Of a stretch of 64,000 bases of DNA, positions 31,237 through 41,105 are shown piece by piece. The notes under the pieces were generated by a model, which worked only from the letters and a program-made list of their open reading frames with translations, was not told where the DNA came from and ran no database searches. A program made the position numbers and the translations under genes. This DNA is from Gemmatimonadota bacterium. Lineage in GTDB: Bacteria > JBHIER01 > G020348925. The stretch spans positions 2,805,688-2,869,687 of the forward strand of contig CP070758.1 of NCBI GenBank assembly GCA_020348925.1, in the 5' to 3' direction. Every line of letters begins with the position of its first letter. The first letter of the stretch is position 1.

Positions 31237-31626
31237 GTCAAACCTCCTCTCAACGAAAAAAACGTTGCACAATCAAAACAATAATGCGCTCAGTAATCAA
31301 AATTGACACTCAACGATCTTTGAGAATAGAATCAAGGCTGATGCAACATACGAGATCTGCTGTTTCCTAACGAACATATGAACCCTCCGTCGATGGGGGT
31401 TCGTTGAAGCTGATGGGCAGTGTCTAATACAAGTATACGCGGGAAAAAACATTGACAGTTCTAAATGGCATCACCTCCTTGCTCAATCCTGCCCAGATCG
31501 ACTATCCAACCCTCTCAGCAGATCAAAATAGGATATCGGGATGTCCTTGTCAAGTGATTTTTAAAATTTCCGAGGACTGACTCTTTCTATGGGCGGAAAT
31601 CTAAACCACAGGGGCTTGTGTTCGAC

Positions 31627-33174
31627 CTATTTCATCAAGAGCATGCGCCTCGTCGCTGTGAAGTTTCCGGCCGTGAGTCGACAAAAATAGACTCCACTGG
31701 CGACATCGGAGCCGTGCGCATCTCTCCCATTCCACGTCGCTTTGTACAGACCAGGCTCCTTCATGTCATCGACCAACGTCACCACTTCCCGGCCTAACAT
31801 GTTGTAGATCTTCAGCGTGGTGTGTCCGGGAGATCCACAATCCGGTATCTGATATCCGATATCTGTCGTCGCATTGAAGGGGTTCGGATGGTTCTGTTCC
31901 AAAGTGTATTCCATCGGAACCCTCGACTCACCCTTGACAAGAGCCATAAATCGTGAAAAATCATCGGCCTCAAAGTACGGTTTTAAGGTTTCCAAATATT
32001 CAAGGATTTCCTGCGTAACTCCGGGGGCTTTCACCGAGGGCTCGCATTCTCCAACACCCAAAATGGCGCTCACAAGGCCAAACACATCGAGAAGGTCTAT
32101 CTGGCCATCAGCGTTGCAGTCAGCGCGCTCGAGGGCATTACCCTCCAGGGATTCGATTTCCATGATATGATTCACACTCATCACCACATCCTGGACATTG
32201 ATTACCCCATCACCATTAATATCTCCCGGACGTTCTTCTAAGGCATTGGTCCAAATCAGCTTCCTTGCACTCATCGCTGTGGAGAAGAGGGAATCCTCTT
32301 CATTTACGCGACCGGTGACTGTCGCGACCGCACCGAGATTCTCGGTGTACCAATCGTAAATATACATGGTTATTGTGTCAGCATATACGGACACATATGA
32401 AAAATACACAAAGACGGAAAAATCCACCTGGGTTGTCTCGTAACGTCTCACTCGAAGGGCTTCGTACTGGCCATACGGTATCCTGACCGTTCCCCATCCA
32501 TCGACCTGTCCTTCTCGTCGATACTCAAGATCTATCTTCACATTCAAGGAATCACCTGGTAAAGGAGAACCCTCCGGATTTTCGATTCGAAAAGTTCCCG
32601 AAAAATCGGCCTCGTCGTTCCACGTTGACCCGTACTGCAGTGGGAGGGGTATCATGGTCAAAGGCGACGCGAGGTTGATGCCCAGTGGATTTCCGGCCGT
32701 ATCCTGAAAACCGAATCCGAGGAAATCGAGACTCCCCTCATTCACATTCATAAATTGGTATCCACTGGCGGTATCAAAACCCATAAGGTCCACCGTTCCG
32801 GTTTCTTGAACAAGATTGGCTCCGGGGAAAAGTTGGCTGAAAGGGGTATCCTCCAGCGCCACAATTCGCTCGACAACTGTGTCGGTCGTATCCGTTGTGA
32901 AATTCTGACTGAAGTCCCACAGTTGCGGGCCACCTGCCAAACCGAGATCTACAGGTATACTGTCCCCTGCCTCAACAGAATATTCACTTGTCACTCCCGG
33001 TATGGACGGGATCTCATCCATCGTAATTGTTATCTGGGCCTGGCTCGGAGACCAAAACGAGAAGAATCCCACGAGCACAAGAGCAATCATGGCGGCGTAT
33101 TCTCTCATCACTGGAACCTTGCCCATCACAAGAGAACAAACTTCTTTTTGATAATACGATTTCAATCGATCCAT
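31627..33174 (-). CDS. Secreted protein: uncharacterised all-beta cargo, dockerin, helical linker and CTD
   Basis: Start moved to ATG 33174 (GAGGAGG RBS). SQAQITIT, GGPQLWDFS and VDGWGTVRIPYG motifs; dockerin GDINGDGVINVQD...ADCNADG; EQNHPNPFN...MLLMK. Confidence 0.85.
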   Translation of the reverse strand: MDRLKSYYQKEVCSLVMGKVPVMREYAAMIALVLVGFFSFWSPSQAQITITMDEIPSIPGVTSEYSVEAGDSIPVDLGLAGGPQLWDFSQNFTTDTTDTVVERIVALEDTPFSQLFPGANLVQETGTVDLMGFDTASGYQFMNVNEGSLDFLGFGFQDTAGNPLGINLASPLTMIPLPLQYGSTWNDEADFSGTFRIENPEGSPLPGDSLNVKIDLEYRREGQVDGWGTVRIPYGQYEALRVRRYETTQVDFSVFVYFSYVSVYADTITMYIYDWYTENLGAVATVTGRVNEEDSLFSTAMSARKLIWTNALEERPGDINGDGVINVQDVVMSVNHIMEIESLEGNALERADCNADGQIDLLDVFGLVSAILGVGECEPSVKAPGVTQEILEYLETLKPYFEADDFSRFMALVKGESRVPMEYTLEQNHPNPFNATTDIGYQIPDCGSPGHTTLKIYNMLGREVVTLVDDMKEPGLYKATWNGRDAHGSDVASGVYFCRLTAGNFTATRRMLLMK

Positions 33175-33394
33175 TGTTACCTCCTCTCTTTTGTCATAAA
33201 TTACATATTCCTTCATGGGTGTCAAGATAATTTTACTGAAGATTGTAAAAAAAATGCCGCGACATTAGAAATTCCTCACAAAAACAAAAAACGGGAATTG
33301 ATCGATGTCTACAAAGATTCATCGATGTGGCTTGGCTATCGCTTTTGTGAGCCCGTAATAGGTTCATAACGAACGAAATCGAGCGCATCGAAAA

Positions 33395-34276
33395 TTATAA
33401 TGCGACCCCAAGTATTCCCAGAAACTCCCGCGTTGCCGGTGTCAGATATTTCCCTTTTCGAAGAGCCACCCCGTAGCCAAGCTCGCCAAAGTACTTCGTG
33501 ACTGGGATCATACACATAGGCTGCGCATCTTTTAACGACAAAGAGATGCCGGAAATGATTGTTACACCCAGACCAAGCTTCACATATTCTTTAATCACCT
33601 CAGCGCCACCTGTTTCGATAATCACGTTGTGCCACAATCCCAGTCGTTCGAAAACCTGATCAATCCTTCTTCTGATGGAATTCTGCCGCTCGTAAAGAAT
33701 GAGGGGCTCTTTCGCGATATCCTTTAATGTAACTTTTTTTCTCTTCGCCAGCGGATGATCCGGAGCGGTGCATAGATACATATCATACTTGGCCGTTTCG
33801 TAGAAGTCCATACCGGTGAAGTCATTCCACGAAGCCGTAATTCCAAAATCGATCTCTCCCGCCATCACCATGGAGAGAATATCGCTGTCCAGAATTCGGT
33901 TCATAATCGTTACCTGTACCTCAGGATACATTCTTTTGAACTGTTCCACGCACTTCGGCAACTGATATCTCATGTATCCCCGATAGGCAGCGAACACGAT
34001 TCTTCTGCTCTCCTTATGAGCGATCTCAGCAAAATGTGCCTCGATATCGTCCAACTTCTGAATGATCGATGCCGCATACTCGAACAATATTTCTCCGTCA
34101 GGAGTGAGCCGAATTCCACGCCCCAATCTCTCATACAGCTTCACCCCTAATTCATCCTCCAAAGCCTTCACTTGGTGGCTGACGGCCGATTGTCCGATAT
34201 TCAACCTCTTGGCCGCCAGGGAAAAACTCCCGTATCGTCCACTCCAGTAAAAACCTGCCAGTTGTTGCAGCTGCAT
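33395..34276 (-). CDS. LysR-family transcriptional regulator
   Basis: GSFSLAAKRLNIGQSAVSHQVKALEDELGVKLYER HTH; GEIDFGI; VKLGLGVTII. Confidence 0.95.
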   Translation of the reverse strand: MQLQQLAGFYWSGRYGSFSLAAKRLNIGQSAVSHQVKALEDELGVKLYERLGRGIRLTPDGEILFEYAASIIQKLDDIEAHFAEIAHKESRRIVFAAYRGYMRYQLPKCVEQFKRMYPEVQVTIMNRILDSDILSMVMAGEIDFGITASWNDFTGMDFYETAKYDMYLCTAPDHPLAKRKKVTLKDIAKEPLILYERQNSIRRRIDQVFERLGLWHNVIIETGGAEVIKEYVKLGLGVTIISGISLSLKDAQPMCMIPVTKYFGELGYGVALRKGKYLTPATREFLGILGVAL

Positions 34277-34335
34277 CGCACCTCCTCGACAAAAATTTCA
34301 CCAGAATTCTGAGAAAGAATATGTGAATTTCAAAT

Positions 34336-34394
34336 ATGAGATATGAAAATAAATACTATATTGTTATTAAATATTACTTGTATTCATATATCAT
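34336..34394. promoter_or_regulatory. AT-rich inverted repeat in the divergent LysR promoter region (candidate operator)
   Basis: ATGAGATATGAA (34336-34347) and TTCATATATCAT (34383-34394) are inverted repeats with one mismatch. Confidence 0.4.
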
Positions 34395-34535
34395 GTTTCC
34401 TATATTCCGCCACCAACGAAAAAATCTGACACCGGGATCTGCTCATCTTTCTCTTTCCAACTGGATTTCTTGAATCGATTGTTCATCATTTTTCGTCCGT
34501 GTCTCAACAACTCCCCTCACCAAGGAGGTGCAGCC

Positions 34536-35381
34536 ATGAAGTCTCAAGCAGTCTCCCCATTTTTAGTGGGCCATGTCATCACACCTCTTTTGCGCCCTTT
34601 ACCAGTCATCTTCTCATACGCCCACGCCGCTTCAAAGGATCCCACTCTCGCCCAGAGCAAACCAGATCTCCACGAAGAATTTCAAGCCCATGTAAAATGC
34701 TTCACCGCTCTGGCTGAGACAGCCGCCACAACAGCAGAGCTTTCGAACGGCGATTACGAATCAGTCATCCAGAAAGCTGAGGATCTTTTGTCGGCCAAAC
34801 CGAGGACCCTCATAAGAAAAATCGACCAACTCGATCTTGAGCTGTCGCATTTTTCTGAAGTTCACAAAAAAGCGCTCCGGCATGCATACAACATGAAACC
34901 TGAACTGTTCAAAAGTGTCTATCAGCGTTATATCACTCCTCGAAAGCTTCTGCTTGTATACCAGAGCGAATCCACTGAGGTCGTGCCCAAGCTTCAGGAA
35001 ACATTGTCCAAACGGTGCTACTATGAGGTTAAGACCGTTGAGGAAGCGTACCTGAAAGCTTCCCTCCGCAAGACCGATTTTGTGATTTTTGCCCCAACGC
35101 AAGCACCCATCTCCTCCCATGCGATAAGTAGCCTTCAGGAGAAAGAGGTGCCTTTTCTTGTTCTTGTCAACCTCGGAGCCGATCTACAAAGAGCTGATAT
35201 GGTCCAGACGAGACTTGCCGGACTTTATCGGAATAACGGTATCCCGATTTTGCATCGCCCTTTTCCGGCCGTCCGTCTCTTTCAAAAAATCGACCGCATG
35301 ATTATCGAACAGCAACTTCTTGAGAAGGTTGCTCCTGAAGCCGTTGCGTCAAAACGTGCTGCGATGGTTAAGGTCCATTAA
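34536..35381 (+). CDS. Hypothetical protein with a degenerate receiver-like C-terminal domain
   Basis: Start moved to ATG 34536 (AAGGAGGTG RBS). The C-terminal half reads KLLLVY...YEVKTV...TDFVIFA...VPFLVLV...ILHRPFPAVRL, a CheY-like beta/alpha pattern. Confidence 0.7.
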   Translation: MKSQAVSPFLVGHVITPLLRPLPVIFSYAHAASKDPTLAQSKPDLHEEFQAHVKCFTALAETAATTAELSNGDYESVIQKAEDLLSAKPRTLIRKIDQLDLELSHFSEVHKKALRHAYNMKPELFKSVYQRYITPRKLLLVYQSESTEVVPKLQETLSKRCYYEVKTVEEAYLKASLRKTDFVIFAPTQAPISSHAISSLQEKEVPFLVLVNLGADLQRADMVQTRLAGLYRNNGIPILHRPFPAVRLFQKIDRMIIEQQLLEKVAPEAVASKRAAMVKVH

Positions 35382-35405
35382 GCATCTAACATCTACATTA
35401 AGAAT

Positions 35406-35472
35406 AAGGCCCACATTCTACGAAGGTTCACAGTGAACCTCACTACAGGACCTTGGAGTGTGGGTCTTTTTT
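35406..35472 (+). terminator. Probable terminator/structured 3' end
   Basis: Outer stem AAGGCCCACATTC...GAGTGTGGGTCTT followed by a T-run, with inner hairpin AGGTTCAC-A-GTGAACCT. Confidence 0.6.
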
Positions 35473-35762
35473 GGTTTCACCACCGGCAAGAACGTATTCA
35501 CGGATTTAATATAAAACTCACGCCTTATTCTGTCAAGACATTTCAATTTTAGATTTAACTCATCATAATTTAGAAATTTAGAGATATATTAGTCGTCTCC
35601 ACTGTGTCGAACCATGATCCCTCATCTGTTACCTTCCTGTCTCATGTCACATCACATTCAGGTATCGAGTGGGGCGTGAAGATGTTTGGATTGGATTGAA
35701 TTGATAGGATAATTCAGATGAGAGCGTTTTAGACTATTAGTGGAAAGAAACACTCTGAAGGT

Positions 35763-38039
35763 CTATGGTGCGCATTCGCCAATACCTAAGATCACATTGA
35801 CGATGCCCAGAGCATCCAGGATGTCGACACCTCCATCTCGATTACAATCAGCTCGGTCCAATGGACCTCCAAGAAGAGGTGTGGACGCTAAAATGTGATT
35901 TACGACGGCCAAAACATCAAGAACATCAACCCCGCCATTACAGTCCACATCACCCCTTTCAGCTTCAGTTTGATCCGGATTGTAGACGTTAGGGCAGTTA
36001 TCCTCATCACATGTATTGGCTGAATATGCCGGATCGCCATACCCGTCACCGTCGGTATCCGTGCACGAATCGCATACATCACCAATTTCATCACCGTCAC
36101 CGTCCATCTGCTCCGGGTTGATATCATCGGGACAATTGTCGCAGATATCTCCCAGAGCATCTCCATCTGCATCCCCCTGTTCCGGATTGTAGTCATCGGG
36201 ACAGTTATCCTCAGTATCAAGGACTCCATCTTCGTCGCGATCCACTGAAGCCGGCTCCAGATGCAGACCCTGGATCCATGCTGCATCAAATATCGTCCCG
36301 GTATTCCCGCTGCCGGATTGATCCTCTATCGCCTCCCCACTCCCCTCATTCATTTGCCAGTAGCCGACCAATCCGGGCTCATCCCCCGTCAGATAGCAGT
36401 CCAAAGTCCCGGAGATCTCCTCTCCTGTGCGCACAACATTCCAGATTCGTACTTCATCGATCATGCCGTCAAAAGCTAAGTTGCCCATGCCGTTCCCGAT
36501 GACGAGATCGTCGCTGCTATTGTCCTCGATACTGCCTGAAGGCGGGGTGGTGAAAGAGACGTCCTGCTCGATACCGTTGATATATATTCTGACCAGACCC
36601 TCACCGTTATACGTCACCGCAACATGTTGCCATTGGTCAAGAACGAGCGAGCTCTCAGGAGTATTTGCATAACATAATGTCCCGTCGCTGTGCCTCAGTT
36701 GGAGAAGCAGACTGTGAGGATGATAGGCAAGGTATGAGTCAAGGAGCTGGATCGTAATACTGTTCTTGTCAATCACCTTACCAAGTCCGAACGTCAGGAA
36801 ATTTCCCCAGCCCGCGGGATTGATCCAGGCTTCCATGGTCAATGCATCTGTCAGATGCAGAGACGGTGTAGCAGGACACGAAACAGAGCTTATGACACCG
36901 TCAAAAAGAATGGCGCTTTCCCCGTCGAATACACGGACATGCTCTTCACGAGTTTTAGTGTGAGAAAGCGAATCGTTCGATACTTCCAAGCTGACGGTAT
37001 AGACTCCGGGTTGGTCGTAAACCCAACTTGGATTCTGTTCGTAGGAATCGACCGTTCCATCTGTATCAAAATCCCAGGCCCAGGATGTGACAGGCAAATA
37101 TTGAGTCGAACCATCTGTGAATTGTACTGTCAGTGGTGCATGGCCTGTCTTGGATTCTGCCGGAAAATTTGCGAAGAAAGGTTTCATCGTCGGACTGAAG
37201 GTCGTGGAGAAAAGCATTTCAGTAAAGAGAAGTGCATCGGGATGGATGTCAACAATCTGCGCGCTGATGCTCGGTATGTTTGGATAAATAGAGATGAAAT
37301 CCGCAGCCGGTATATGAAGTCCAATAATCTGTTTTGGACGAAAATGCGTCTCGATGAAAGGTTCCAGAGCGGAGTTGACCAGGAGCCAATAGGGAATAAG
37401 GGCCAGGTCTATGTCCTTATCCTGGAGATCGAAACCGTCAAAATCGTCCAGTGTGGTGTAGGCATCGTCAAGATGCAGAACTTTTTTACCGTCAATCGTC
37501 ACCAGGAAACACACATTTTCAAGAGTTGCATCGGGATAGAAGTGTTGGACGCGCATGATTTCTATCTCGACACCCATTCGAGTGACCGTCGTGTCCTGAA
37601 AGAGAGCGAGAGCGATCCCCTCGACTCGGTCCTCGATGGCGGCAAAGTCCGCAAATTGTAAGCTCAGCTCGTGTACGGTTTGCGCAGGGGCGATGAAATG
37701 CGCATTCTCGTTATGGAGAAGGTGCCGGCCGACGGACTGGGCATGAAAATGATCAGGATGCAAGTGCGTTGAAAGAACGAGGTCTATTGAATTATAAGGG
37801 GGGCTTGCCGTTTCGATCTTCTCCTGCTCATCGTCAGGAAGATCGACATAGTTTGGAGATCCGTCGCGATAGAGTCCGTCGATTAAGATCTGCGTTTCAT
37901 GTGATGTTATTAAGACACCTTCATTTGCAATGTAAGTGATCTCAAACTCGTTGGCGGTAGCCTGTGTTCTTGCCTCCTGTGTGAGTAAGATTCCTGAAAC
38001 CATCAGGATTAACAGCACAAAACCGACAAAAGTCTTCAT
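35763..38039 (-). CDS. Secreted MBL-fold metallo-hydrolase, PKD, LamG, TSP3 repeats and dockerin (no CTD)
   Basis: ITYIANEGVLI and STHLHPDH (HxHxDH); PKD WAWDFDTDG; LamG WQHVAVTY and FDGMIDEVRIW; DNCP repeats; ends at GECAP. Confidence 0.9.
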   Translation of the reverse strand: MKTFVGFVLLILMVSGILLTQEARTQATANEFEITYIANEGVLITSHETQILIDGLYRDGSPNYVDLPDDEQEKIETASPPYNSIDLVLSTHLHPDHFHAQSVGRHLLHNENAHFIAPAQTVHELSLQFADFAAIEDRVEGIALALFQDTTVTRMGVEIEIMRVQHFYPDATLENVCFLVTIDGKKVLHLDDAYTTLDDFDGFDLQDKDIDLALIPYWLLVNSALEPFIETHFRPKQIIGLHIPAADFISIYPNIPSISAQIVDIHPDALLFTEMLFSTTFSPTMKPFFANFPAESKTGHAPLTVQFTDGSTQYLPVTSWAWDFDTDGTVDSYEQNPSWVYDQPGVYTVSLEVSNDSLSHTKTREEHVRVFDGESAILFDGVISSVSCPATPSLHLTDALTMEAWINPAGWGNFLTFGLGKVIDKNSITIQLLDSYLAYHPHSLLLQLRHSDGTLCYANTPESSLVLDQWQHVAVTYNGEGLVRIYINGIEQDVSFTTPPSGSIEDNSSDDLVIGNGMGNLAFDGMIDEVRIWNVVRTGEEISGTLDCYLTGDEPGLVGYWQMNEGSGEAIEDQSGSGNTGTIFDAAWIQGLHLEPASVDRDEDGVLDTEDNCPDDYNPEQGDADGDALGDICDNCPDDINPEQMDGDGDEIGDVCDSCTDTDGDGYGDPAYSANTCDEDNCPNVYNPDQTEAERGDVDCNGGVDVLDVLAVVNHILASTPLLGGPLDRADCNRDGGVDILDALGIVNVILGIGECAP

Positions 38040-38123
38040 GATGATCCACCTCCCTATAATTCGGAATACCGATTGAACTGGATCTGCAGCGTCCTTCGGT
38101 CTGAAGAAACCACGCTTGAAATA

Positions 38124-41054
38124 CTATTTCAGCAAAACCATCGATTTTGTCTTAGAGAAAACATCCGTCTCCATCGAGTAAAAATAAATTCCTGAGCTCA
38201 CTTTCTGCCCTTGGTTGTCCGTGCCGTTCCATGTGATTTCATGATAGCCGGCTGATGTTTCGCCCTCTCTGAGCTTTTTCACAAGCTCACCCTTGATGTT
38301 GAATACGGCCAGCCGAACACGCCCAGACCGTGGGAGCGCAAACCGAATCGTCGTCTCAGGATTGAAAGGGTTCGGATAGTTTTGTGCCAGAGAAAACTCT
38401 CGGGGGATCCGCGCCTCGGCCTTGATCAACGCCATAAATGTTTCAAATTCATCTCTTGCAAGATACCGTTCCAACGACTCGCAAAATTCTATCACCTCCG
38501 CATTCATCACAGGCCTCGAAACCGACGGGGCGCATGCGCCAAGGCCCAGTATGACGTTGATGATACCCAGAGCATCCAGAATGTCCACACCCCCGTCACC
38601 GTTGCAGTCGGCCCGGGCCAATGGCCCTCCGACGAGAGGGCTGGAGACTAAAATGTGGTTTACGACCGCCAGCACATCCAGCACATCGATTTCCCCGTTA
38701 CAATCCAGATCACCCCGCTCTACAGCACTCTGCTCCGGATTGTACGCACCGGGGCAGTTGTCCTCCACACACATATTTTCCGGATATCCAGGATCGCCGT
38801 ACCCGTCACCATCGCTGTCCGTGCACGTATCGCACACGTCACCGATGCCATCACCATCACCATCCGTCTGATCCGGATTGACCTCTTCAGGACAATTGTC
38901 GCAGACATCTCCGAGGCCGTCGATATCTGTATCCTCCTGGGCAGGATTGTAGTCGCCGGGACAGTTATCCTCTGAATCGAGGACTCCGTCCTCGTCGTGA
39001 TCCGCTGAAGCCGGCTCCAGATGCAGACCCTGGATCCAGGTGATTTCAAACGCTGTTCCGCCATTGCCATTTCCCGAATGGTCTGTGATGGCTGCACCGC
39101 TGCCTTCATTCAGTTGCCAGTAAACGACGAGCCCCGGTTCATTTCCCACGAGGTATGAATTCATGCCGGATAAAATTTCATCCTCTGTCCGGGTAATATT
39201 CCACAGACGGACTTCCTCCAGATTCCCCTCAAAGGCAAGATTGCCATCGGAATCATTGCCGATTACAAAATCGCTGGCGCTGTTGTCCATAAGAGGACCT
39301 GATGGTTGAGGGGATTGAGACAGAATCTGTTCGACACCATCGAGATATATCGTGATGTCACTGGTTGTTCCGTCATACATCACAGCCACGTGCTGCCAGG
39401 TATCGAGATCAATAGAACCCTCAGGTGTGGTTGCAAGACTGAGGGAGCCACTGGCATGGGTCAGTTGAAAGGCCAGGCTGTTATCGTTGTAAGCAGGATG
39501 TGACTCTATGAGGTAGAGGGCAAACAGCTCTTTATCAAAAACTCTTCCGAAACCGAGATTGAACATTTCCCCCCAGCCAGTGGGATACATCCAAGCCTCG
39601 AAGGTCAGGGCCTCGGTAAGATTCAGAGAGGGTGCTGCCGGACACGACAGAGAGCTGTTGGAGCCATTGAACTGGAGGGCGCTCTCACCGTCGAACACCC
39701 GGATATAATCTTCGAGGATCTGTGTATAGGTATCCGTTCCGTTTGTAACTTCCAACGAAACGGAGTAGATTCCGGGTTCGTTATACGTCCATCCCGGATT
39801 CTGCTCCTCGGAATCTATGGTCCCATCGTTTTCGAAATCCCACGCCCAGGACGTAACGGGCTGGGGGGCACTTGACAAATCGGTGAATTGAATGGTCAGC
39901 GGTGCGTGACCTGAAGTCACATGTGTTTGGAAATAAGCTCCGTAGAGTCTGTTCTCCCACCATGCAATTTCGTTTCTATCCATTGATGCCACCAAGATAT
40001 CCACATCGCCATCGTCATCGAAATCCAATGCGCTGGGATAACTCCCACCATGAAATTCCTCTGAAATGGAGTGCTGAGTGAAGACTCGATCCCCGGCATT
40101 TTCCCACCACCTGACAGCACCGGCTCCTCTGGAGGCACCCAGAATATCAATATCGCCATCTAAGTCAAGATCTGCGGCATAAATCCCTCGGGCTCCCTGG
40201 AAATTTTCACCAATGAGGTGCTGTGTGAAGGATTGACTTCCTGTGTTCTCATACCACGCAACCTGTCCGATAAAACAAATTGAGCAGGCCAGGTCAATGT
40301 CACCATCATGATCGATATCCTCGGCGTAAACGGATGTGGGCCCCTGCACACCGGCTCTCACAATATGCTCCTCGAAGACTTGGTTGCCTGTATTCTCGAA
40401 CCATAAAATTTGAAAGGATCCTGGTCCTGTTCCCACTATATCAATATCACCATCCTGATCCATATCCTTGGGATAGAGGCAGCTGGCTCCGGTCCAATTT
40501 GTCTTGAGAATATGCTCGGTGAAACTCCGATCCCCATCGTTCTCGAACCATGCAGCCTTTGCAGTCTGACATGCGGTTACGAGCAAGTCCGTATGACCAT
40601 CATCATTGATGTCTTCAGCGCAAACATAATTTGGCTGTCCCCAGCCGCTTACTATCGTATGTTGGGTTATGAAGTTCTGATTTCCATCATTTTCCCACCA
40701 GGCTAACGTATCGCAGCTAAAACCTGCACTCACCACATCAACATCACCGTCGGAATCCAAATCGACCCCGCATATCCCCTTGGGACCCCTGAAACTATCG
40801 GTAATAATATGTATGGTGAATTTTCGGTTTCCATCGTTCTCCCACCAGGCGATACTATTGGCCCTCAGAGCCGAACCCAGCACATCGATGTCCTCATCAC
40901 CGTCCATATCTACGGCCACGGCATGCCAAGTATAGTTAAAGTCATTTGTGATTGTGTGCTTCGAAAAGAGAAGTTGCGGAGAACTGGAGGTGGCACACAG
41001 AACCAATAAGATTGAACTAAAACATGCGACAGAACACACCGAGAGCCTTTTCAT
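38124..41054 (-). CDS. Secreted FG-GAP/VCBS propeller, PKD, LamG, TSP3, dockerin, helical linker and CTD
   Basis: Seven DxDxDGDxD...W(W/F/Y)EN repeats; shared chassis; AQNYPNPFNPET...MVLLK. Confidence 0.9.
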   Translation of the reverse strand: MKRLSVCSVACFSSILLVLCATSSSPQLLFSKHTITNDFNYTWHAVAVDMDGDEDIDVLGSALRANSIAWWENDGNRKFTIHIITDSFRGPKGICGVDLDSDGDVDVVSAGFSCDTLAWWENDGNQNFITQHTIVSGWGQPNYVCAEDINDDGHTDLLVTACQTAKAAWFENDGDRSFTEHILKTNWTGASCLYPKDMDQDGDIDIVGTGPGSFQILWFENTGNQVFEEHIVRAGVQGPTSVYAEDIDHDGDIDLACSICFIGQVAWYENTGSQSFTQHLIGENFQGARGIYAADLDLDGDIDILGASRGAGAVRWWENAGDRVFTQHSISEEFHGGSYPSALDFDDDGDVDILVASMDRNEIAWWENRLYGAYFQTHVTSGHAPLTIQFTDLSSAPQPVTSWAWDFENDGTIDSEEQNPGWTYNEPGIYSVSLEVTNGTDTYTQILEDYIRVFDGESALQFNGSNSSLSCPAAPSLNLTEALTFEAWMYPTGWGEMFNLGFGRVFDKELFALYLIESHPAYNDNSLAFQLTHASGSLSLATTPEGSIDLDTWQHVAVMYDGTTSDITIYLDGVEQILSQSPQPSGPLMDNSASDFVIGNDSDGNLAFEGNLEEVRLWNITRTEDEILSGMNSYLVGNEPGLVVYWQLNEGSGAAITDHSGNGNGGTAFEITWIQGLHLEPASADHDEDGVLDSEDNCPGDYNPAQEDTDIDGLGDVCDNCPEEVNPDQTDGDGDGIGDVCDTCTDSDGDGYGDPGYPENMCVEDNCPGAYNPEQSAVERGDLDCNGEIDVLDVLAVVNHILVSSPLVGGPLARADCNGDGGVDILDALGIINVILGLGACAPSVSRPVMNAEVIEFCESLERYLARDEFETFMALIKAEARIPREFSLAQNYPNPFNPETTIRFALPRSGRVRLAVFNIKGELVKKLREGETSAGYHEITWNGTDNQGQKVSSGIYFYSMETDVFSKTKSMVLLK

Positions 41055-41105
41055 AATGTCGCTCCTTTCTCAAAAGTGAAACTTAGAGAAACGGTTCTCA
41101 TAGAA

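Noticed and set aside
31340-31425. Riboswitch upstream of the 28933..31236 gene
   Set aside because: A hairpin is present, but I could not match the conserved motifs of c-di-GMP, TPP, cobalamin or SAM riboswitches. An Rfam scan would be needed.
35640-35765. Read-through of the TAG ending the 35763 gene into a decayed linker/CTD
   Set aside because: The downstream frame (TFRVFLSTNSLKR...) has only faint resemblance to the linker and no NYPNPFN motif.
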